Part shown: in pieces, positions 57,971-64,000 of the stretch
Layout of the letters: the number at the start of each line of letters is the position of its first letter
How positions within the stretch are numbered: the stretch's first letter is position 1
NCBI GenBank assembly: GCA_963702005.1
Contig: OY969696.1
Span: 1,152,001-1,216,000, forward strand
Source: Candidatus Aminicenantes bacterium
GTDB lineage: Bacteria > Acidobacteriota > Aminicenantia > Aminicenantales > JAFGBC01
Reading direction: 5' to 3'
Length of the DNA stretch: 64,000 nucleotides
Made by a program: the position numbers and the translations under genes
Notes under the pieces: model-generated
The model's database searches: none
The model's input: the letters and a program-made list of their open reading frames with translations, nothing else
Told to the model about the DNA's origin: nothing

Positions 57971-59386
57971 ATGAGCGACACCGGGCGATTCAAGCTGCCG
58001 CACACCCTGGTCCTGATCTACATTCTGGTGATCGGCGTTTATCTCATGAGCCTGCTGGTTCCCGCCGGCGAGTACCAACGGTCCGAAAAAACGTTCAATG
58101 GCCAGACCAGGCTGATCACGGTCCCCGGCACCTACGCCAAAACAGCAAAGAAATTGCTGGGCCCGGAGTGGCTCCTGATCGCTCCCATCCGAGGTTTCCA
58201 GGATGGTGCTTTGATCATTATCCTGATATTCATTTTCGGCGGGACGTTTGCCATCCTCGGCCAAACCGGCGCCATCGAATCCGGTATTCAGCGGCTGGCC
58301 CGGTTTTTTTCAAAAAAACCGAAATGGCAGGTTGCCGTCGTACCGGTCCTGATGGTGGTTTTTTCCCTGGCCGGCGGAGTTTACGGTATGGCGGAAGAAT
58401 CGATTCCCTTCGTGCTGATTTTCATTCCCCTGGCTCTGGCCCTGGGCTACGACTCCATCGTCGGGGTGGCCATTCCCTTTGTCGGGGCCGCCGCCGGATT
58501 TGCCGCCGCTTTCTTCAATCCGTTCACCGTGGGTATTGCCCAAGGTTTTTCCGATCTCCCGCTCTATTCGGGATTGACCTATCGCTTGATCCTCTGGGTG
58601 ATCGGCACCGCGATCGCGATTGTCTTTGTGACACGGTATGCGGAAAAAGTGAAGAAAAATCCGGAAAAAAGCCCCGTCTTCGAACTCGACCGGCAGCGCC
58701 GGCCGCCTGCCGGCGGCAACCCGACGGAGGAACGGCCCTGGAGCGTCAAGCAGAAAATCATTATCGGCCTGCTGCTGGGAGGAATCGGCTTGCTCATTTT
58801 CGGCATCCTGTCCCGCGGCTGGTACATCGAAGAGATCGCCGCCCTGTTCCTGGCGATCGGCCTCCTGTCCGGACTCATCGCCCGCATGCCGCCATCCGAC
58901 ATCGCCCTGGCCTTCATCGCCGGGGCCAAGGATGTCTTGAACGTGACGCTGATCATCGCCGGCGGCCGGGCCATCCTGATCATCCTCAAGGAAGCGCTGG
59001 TGATGGACACGGTGCTGCACTTCGCCGCCGGCTTGATTTCCACCGTTCCCGGCATCATCACCGCTCAGATGATGTTTATCACCCAGGGGATCATCAATTT
59101 CTTCATCCATTCCGGCACCGCCCAGGCGGCGTTGACCATGCCGGTCATGGCGCCGCTCAGCGACCTGGTGGGAATTACCCGGCAGACCACTGTACTTGCC
59201 TTCCAGCTGTGCGAGGTGATCAATCCCATCCTGCCGACATCCGCGGTCACTATGGGCGTTCTCGGGGTGGCCAAAATTCCCTGGGAAAAATGGGCCAAAT
59301 GGTTCCTGCCCTTGATGCTGCTGTGGGTGCTGTTTAGTCTGATCGCCCTGGTCCCGCCGATTTTGACTCACTGGGGACCCTTTTAG
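57971..59386 (+). CDS. YfcC family (DcuC/ArcD-like) membrane carrier
   Basis: LPHTL, VPAGEY, GMAEE, NPFTVGIAQ..LPLYSG, SGTAQA..MP.MAPL.D. Confidence 0.9.
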   Translation: MSDTGRFKLPHTLVLIYILVIGVYLMSLLVPAGEYQRSEKTFNGQTRLITVPGTYAKTAKKLLGPEWLLIAPIRGFQDGALIIILIFIFGGTFAILGQTGAIESGIQRLARFFSKKPKWQVAVVPVLMVVFSLAGGVYGMAEESIPFVLIFIPLALALGYDSIVGVAIPFVGAAAGFAAAFFNPFTVGIAQGFSDLPLYSGLTYRLILWVIGTAIAIVFVTRYAEKVKKNPEKSPVFELDRQRRPPAGGNPTEERPWSVKQKIIIGLLLGGIGLLIFGILSRGWYIEEIAALFLAIGLLSGLIARMPPSDIALAFIAGAKDVLNVTLIIAGGRAILIILKEALVMDTVLHFAAGLISTVPGIITAQMMFITQGIINFFIHSGTAQAALTMPVMAPLSDLVGITRQTTVLAFQLCEVINPILPTSAVTMGVLGVAKIPWEKWAKWFLPLMLLWVLFSLIALVPPILTHWGPF

Positions 59387-59429
59387 CCGTCTTTGACCGA
59401 GTGATGCGGCTTTCCCCGGCCGCTTTCCA

Positions 59430-60686
59430 CTATTTCTGTATTTCGACCCGGACCTTCAGGGGAGACATGTCCAGATGGACATTCAGCACCGAGTACAGAT
59501 CCCTGTCGTCTCGCTCACCGTAATAACCGACGGTCCCGTCCTCTTTCCGCAAGGTCATGAAAATGCCGCGGCCCGTACCATCTTTTTCCAAGAGGAAGGA
59601 CATCCCCTCGGAGCGATTCTGGCGGTTGTCAGCCAGGCCGCTGGTGAGACTATCGACCAGGGAATCCCGGCCGAAAATATTTGTATTCAGGGGGTATGTT
59701 TCGTTCTCTTCATCGCCTTTTTTGATCGGCTTCTTATCCTGGACAATGGTGAAAACGCCGGTCTCCGGGTTATACGAATCCCCGTCCGACAGGTAATGGA
59801 GAATGACGTTCTCCGCTTTCCATCCGAGGGGTGTTTGACCGCCCCGCGCCTGGCGGGTGTCCACCATCAGGACGCCGGAGCTGCCGACCACCTGGAGCGT
59901 ATGGTCATGAACAACCAGCGCCGTGTCCTCGTCAACGCCGAAACCGACAGCCGGGTCCTTGAGGAAAAGCAGCGCGACGATCAGTCTGCCGAACCGCCCC
60001 CTTTTCAGGCAATGCTGATCGACCAAGCCGTCAGCGAAGAATCCGAGACCCCGGGTGAGCCGGACGCCGGGCGTTGTCGCGCAGTCGCCCGGGAGATAAA
60101 CGGCTCCCTCGCTCACGGCCTCCTGGCTGTTGCCATCGCAAATCATGGGATTGCTCATGATGGCGGCTCCGGCGCTGGTCCCCCCCAGAACCCCCCCGTG
60201 CTCGTAGATATCGCGGATGGCCGCGAGCAGAGGCGAGTCCCGGCCTGTCGCATCGACCAGAGTTTTAAGGGTGCGGATCTGATCCCCGCCCACGAAAAAA
60301 ACCGAATTGTATCCGGCCATTTCCTTGGCCAGGAGCGGATCAAAACCGTTTTTCTGCCACCGCGATTCGTCCGTTTCCTTGGTGTCGGGCTCATCGACCA
60401 GAGCCACCGGGAAAACCTTGATTCGCTCCGCCGCCACCCCGAGCCGGATGAAATCGTCCGCCACATACTTGCCGCTGGAGGCCGGGGTGGCGCTGGCCGC
60501 CGGGATAATCGCCAGACGCATCCGCTCCCGCCCTCCCGCCAGGTCAATCCACTGCTGATAGACCCGGGTTTTAGCGGCGGCCAGTCCCCCGCCGATGATG
60601 ACCAAGCTGCCCCGGGAATCTTGCTCGGGAAAAAGTTGTGACGCCGATAAACAAAGCATACTCGCGATGAGAATTTTTTTTAGCAC
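59430..60686 (-). CDS. Secreted cyanophycinase (S51, CphE-like)
   Basis: Signal peptide; LVIIGGG, IIPAAS, GGDQ, GTSAGA, VDQH..RGRFGRL, GVDEDTA. Confidence 0.88.
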   Translation of the reverse strand: MLKKILIASMLCLSASQLFPEQDSRGSLVIIGGGLAAAKTRVYQQWIDLAGGRERMRLAIIPAASATPASSGKYVADDFIRLGVAAERIKVFPVALVDEPDTKETDESRWQKNGFDPLLAKEMAGYNSVFFVGGDQIRTLKTLVDATGRDSPLLAAIRDIYEHGGVLGGTSAGAAIMSNPMICDGNSQEAVSEGAVYLPGDCATTPGVRLTRGLGFFADGLVDQHCLKRGRFGRLIVALLFLKDPAVGFGVDEDTALVVHDHTLQVVGSSGVLMVDTRQARGGQTPLGWKAENVILHYLSDGDSYNPETGVFTIVQDKKPIKKGDEENETYPLNTNIFGRDSLVDSLTSGLADNRQNRSEGMSFLLEKDGTGRGIFMTLRKEDGTVGYYGERDDRDLYSVLNVHLDMSPLKVRVEIQK

Positions 60687-60827
60687 GTTAAACCTCGCTA
60701 AGAAGCCTAACTATAAAAAAAAGGGTGGAATATTCAAGTCCGCCTTCTCTCAACGACAACCGGACCTTCTCGATGAAGGCCTACCCCAACCGCTCCCTCG
60801 GCATCCACGAGGGCGAAGAGGGGAGCC

Positions 60828-62003
60828 TCAGTCCCAAATGTGCGAATACTTGGCGCCGTTTCCCGTATTGAAGAGGACGACCTTTTCTTCCTGGCGTATC
60901 CAGCTTTTTTTCCGGAGCTCGAGGAAAGCGGCCAGGGTCGCCCCGCCCTCCGGCGCGGGCCAAATCCCTTGGGTCCTGCCCATGAGGAAGGTCCCTTTCA
61001 GGATCTCGGTGTCGGGCACCGCGACGGCCGTTCCGCGACTTTCTCTGAGGGTCCGGAGGATCAGGAAGTCGCCGACTGCGGCCGGGACGCGCATTCCGTC
61101 GGCGATCGTCCGGGCGTCCGGCCACGGCTCCGCGAATTCCTTCCCATCGTGGAAGGCCTTGACCACCGGCGCGCAGCCTTCGGACTGGACCGCGACCATG
61201 CGCGGCCGCCCCGGCCCGATCCAGCCGAGCTTTTCCATTTCGTCGAAAGCCTTCCACATCCCGACGAGCCCCGTCCCGCCGCCGGTCGGATAAATAACGA
61301 CATCCGGCAGGGTCCACCGCATCTGCTCGGCGACCTCGTAGCCCATCGTTTTCTTTCCTTCGATCCGGTAGGGCTCCTTGAGGGTGGAGACGTCGAACCG
61401 GCCGTATTTTTCGACCCCTTCCCAGGCGGCCTTGCCGCAGTCCGTGATGAGCCCGTTGACCAGGGTTACCTCGGCGCCCAGGACGCGGCATTCGTTGATG
61501 AACGGTCGAGGAACGTCCGCCGGCATGAAGACATGAGCCTCCATCCCGGCCAGGGCGGCGTAGGCGCTCAGGGCGCAGCCGGCGTTTCCGGCCGTCGGGA
61601 TGGAGACCGCCTTGACGCCGAGTTCCCAGGCCCGGGAGACGGCTACGGCCAGGCCGCGGGCCTTGAACGAGCCCGTCGGATTCAACCCTTCGTCCTTGAT
61701 GTAGAGGTTTTCGAAGCCGATCTCATGACCCAGCCGGGCGGCCCGAATGAGCGGTGTGAAGCCTTCTCCCAGACAAAGCCTGAACCTGAGGTCCCTCACC
61801 GGGAGGAGCTCCCGGTACCTCCAAAGGGTCGGTTCCCGGCCGGAGATCGAGGCCCTGCCCACCGCGGCGCGGGCGGCCTCGAGATCATAGCGGGCGAGCA
61901 GGGGCTTCTGGCATTTCGGGCAGAGGTTCCACAGCTTGTCGGCTTCGAGCCGCTCGCCGCAGAGCCCGCATTCGAGGTGGGTCAAATAGCTGGCGTCTCT
62001 CAT
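60828..62003 (-). CDS. thrC: Threonine synthase
   Basis: N-terminal CxxC..CxxC; LGEGFTP, NPTGSFKARG, EGKKT, PTGGG, PEGG, NTGNG.K. Confidence 0.85.
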   Translation of the reverse strand: MRDASYLTHLECGLCGERLEADKLWNLCPKCQKPLLARYDLEAARAAVGRASISGREPTLWRYRELLPVRDLRFRLCLGEGFTPLIRAARLGHEIGFENLYIKDEGLNPTGSFKARGLAVAVSRAWELGVKAVSIPTAGNAGCALSAYAALAGMEAHVFMPADVPRPFINECRVLGAEVTLVNGLITDCGKAAWEGVEKYGRFDVSTLKEPYRIEGKKTMGYEVAEQMRWTLPDVVIYPTGGGTGLVGMWKAFDEMEKLGWIGPGRPRMVAVQSEGCAPVVKAFHDGKEFAEPWPDARTIADGMRVPAAVGDFLILRTLRESRGTAVAVPDTEILKGTFLMGRTQGIWPAPEGGATLAAFLELRKKSWIRQEEKVVLFNTGNGAKYSHIWD

Positions 62004-62132
62004 ACCATCTTCCCGCGCTAAAACCGATGGAATTTATCTCAGGTCATACCTTAATTCAATCCCTTCGGAAAAAGCAAATCCGAACCTAATCCCTACCCTG
62101 TCCGGCTCGATATGGCGACGGTGGAAGCAGAG

Positions 62133-62161
62133 AATTAAGTTGTGTGTCCCCGGAATTATTT
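62133..62161 (-). repeat. REP-like repeat copy (overlaps RlmD stop codon)
   Basis: Minus strand AAATAATTCCGGGGACACACAACTTAATT. Confidence 0.8.
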
Positions 62162-64000
62162 TTCAAGGACGGCCAGCGTTTCAAGATGGGGCGTATGGGG
62201 GAAGAAATCGATCGGCTTCAGCCTGATCGGACGATATCCTTTGTTTCCCAGTAATCCCAAGTCGCGGGCCAGCGCGGCCGGGTTACAGGAGAGGTAGACA
62301 ATATGGGGGATGTCCAGCGATAAAATCAGCTTAAGCCCCGGGGGACTTATCCCGGCGCGCGGCGGGTCGAGGACGAGAAGGTCGAACCGGCCGTGCGACC
62401 CCCCCTTCAAGACGTCCTCGACGCGGCCTTCGATGAATCTCACATTATCGGCGCCGTTGGCCAAGGCGTTCTCGCGAGCGATCGTGATATTGGCGGCTTC
62501 GGAATCGATCCCCACGACTTCGTCCACGGTCCGCGAGAGGAGGATCTCGATCGAGCCCGGACCGCAATAGAGCCCCAGGGCGCGCCGGCTTCCGAGCCGC
62601 TTCGCCTCTGCGACGATCATTCCATAAGCGAGCGCCGCCGCTCCCGGGTTGGGTTGGATGAACGATTCGGGGGAGATCCGTAGGGTTACTTCAGCGAGAC
62701 GGTCCTCGATCGTCGGGGTCCCGGCGATGGGTTTGATTTGAGACAAGTCCACAATGTCGGTGAGCCGGTCGGTCTCGGCCCACCACAGGCTGCGGACCTC
62801 GGGGACTTGGATTTTGAGCGCGGCGGCCAGGCCCGTGACATCCGGCGCTCCGCCGCTCCTCGTCACCAGGATGGCCATCACCTCGCCCGTCGCTTTGCTC
62901 TCGCGGAGGACGAGGTTGCGGAGATAGCCCGTCCCGGACATCGGGTCATAAGCGGAAGGTCCGGCCCTACGCGCCCAATCGAGCACGACCGGAAAGATCC
63001 TCTCGGCCGCGGGGCTGAAGATGAGGCAGCCGCGGAGCGGGACGGTCCTCCGCTCGTAGCGTCGGAACGGCGACGCCCGTTCGCGGAGGCCGAGGCCGAG
63101 CGCGCCATCGGCAGCGCCGAAGGCGAACTCCATTTTATTCCGGTAGCCGAAAAGCGCCGGCGACGGCGCGATCGGTTCGAACACGGCGTTCTCGACCTCG
63201 ATCCGGCCGATCTTGCGCAGGGTCGCGCCGAGGTAACGCTCCTTGAGCTCGAGCTGCTTGGGGTAAATCAGATTCTGAAAAGCGCATCCGCCGCAGACGT
63301 CGAAGTGGGGGCAGGGCGGCTCGGTCCTGAATGGGGACGGCTCCTCGACCCGGATGATGCGTCCGAATCGGAGCTTCTTTTGGGCCCGACCGATTCGGAC
63401 CCGGACCCGGTCGCCCGGCACGGCCCGGGGCACGAAAACCACGATGCCGCTCTCCAGCGTCCCGACTCCCCAGTCGTTGGGGAACGCGATGTCGGTGATG
63501 GCGGCCGTCGCCTCGGGATGGACGAATTCGTCGAACAGGGCGCGAACCTTGGCCACCGGAAGCCCCACGACGTTATCGTAGTCGCCCTCGAGGATCTCGA
63601 CGAAGGCGTCCCCGATTTCCTGGACGGCGTAGCTCCCGGCTTTGTCGGCATGGCCGCCCGTGTCGAGATAGGCCTCGATCTCGGCGTCGGAGAGCGTTTT
63701 AAAGCGGACGCGCGTCGTCTCATGGCCGGCCAGGAGCCTGTCCTCGTTTTTTTTATAGAGCGCAACACCCGTGATGACGCGGTGGGCCTGGCCCGACAGA
63801 CGCAGGAGCATGGCCCGGGCGTCCTCGCGATCCTTGGGCTTGCCGAAGATCTCGCCGTCCAGGCAGACGACCGTGTCCGCGGCGATAATCAGGGAAGCCG
63901 GGAAGCGCTCGCCGACATCGCGGGCCTTGGCGACGGCGGCCTCGGTCGCGAATCGAACCGGATCCCTTTCGGTCAGCGTGGATTCGTCGAATCCGCTGGG
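62156..64000 (-). CDS. rlmD: Maf nucleotide pyrophosphatase fused to 23S rRNA m5U methyltransferase RlmD (5'-truncated by window edge)
   Basis: Frame open from 64000. Maf motifs KARDV, AADTVV, GKP, LSG..H.V.TG, KAGSYAVQ, NVVGLP; then TRAM, CPHFDVCGGC, YRNKMEF, SFIQPN, DPPRAG, YLSCNP, FPHTPHLE. Confidence 0.9.
   Translation of the reverse strand, partial: PSGFDESTLTERDPVRFATEAAVAKARDVGERFPASLIIAADTVVCLDGEIFGKPKDREDARAMLLRLSGQAHRVITGVALYKKNEDRLLAGHETTRVRFKTLSDAEIEAYLDTGGHADKAGSYAVQEIGDAFVEILEGDYDNVVGLPVAKVRALFDEFVHPEATAAITDIAFPNDWGVGTLESGIVVFVPRAVPGDRVRVRIGRAQKKLRFGRIIRVEEPSPFRTEPPCPHFDVCGGCAFQNLIYPKQLELKERYLGATLRKIGRIEVENAVFEPIAPSPALFGYRNKMEFAFGAADGALGLGLRERASPFRRYERRTVPLRGCLIFSPAAERIFPVVLDWARRAGPSAYDPMSGTGYLRNLVLRESKATGEVMAILVTRSGGAPDVTGLAAALKIQVPEVRSLWWAETDRLTDIVDLSQIKPIAGTPTIEDRLAEVTLRISPESFIQPNPGAAALAYGMIVAEAKRLGSRRALGLYCGPGSIEILLSRTVDEVVGIDSEAANITIARENALANGADNVRFIEGRVEDVLKGGSHGRFDLLVLDPPRAGISPPGLKLILSLDIPHIVYLSCNPAALARDLGLLGNKGYRPIRLKPIDFFPHTPHLETLAVLEK

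Overview
This is a GC-rich bacterial window. The gene content (zinc-ribbon Ser/Thr kinase-TPR proteins, S9/C25/M64 peptidases, GH38/GH51, many Gfo/Idh/MocA and secreted proteins) resembles Candidatus Aminicenantia/Acidobacteriota, but that assignment is inference only. About 48 coding regions are supported, and no rRNA, tRNA or CRISPR was seen. The standout is a minus-strand operon (10630-17105) downstream of a consensus sigma-54 promoter, with four of its five genes translationally coupled. It encodes a large secreted gingipain-like C25 peptidase, a stand-alone PqqD/RRE protein, a radical SAM/SPASM enzyme, a 60-aa precursor-like peptide (YxxP leader, three Cys, C-terminal Ser) and an HPr-kinase-like P-loop protein, and is a candidate uncharacterised RiPP system. 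Other notable observations: an in-frame Maf-RlmD fusion; a REP-like repeat family whose end coincides with the Lys-stop codons of three genes; a ~110-bp IS200/IS605-type miniature element; a ~1.07-kb islet bounded by an 18-bp direct repeat that truncates a metallophosphoesterase; a frameshifted SSS symporter followed by unannotated small membrane ORFs; a plant-type glucuronokinase homolog beside a hexuronate transporter and 3-keto-glycoside pathway genes; and a secreted cyanophycinase next to a YfcC carrier.
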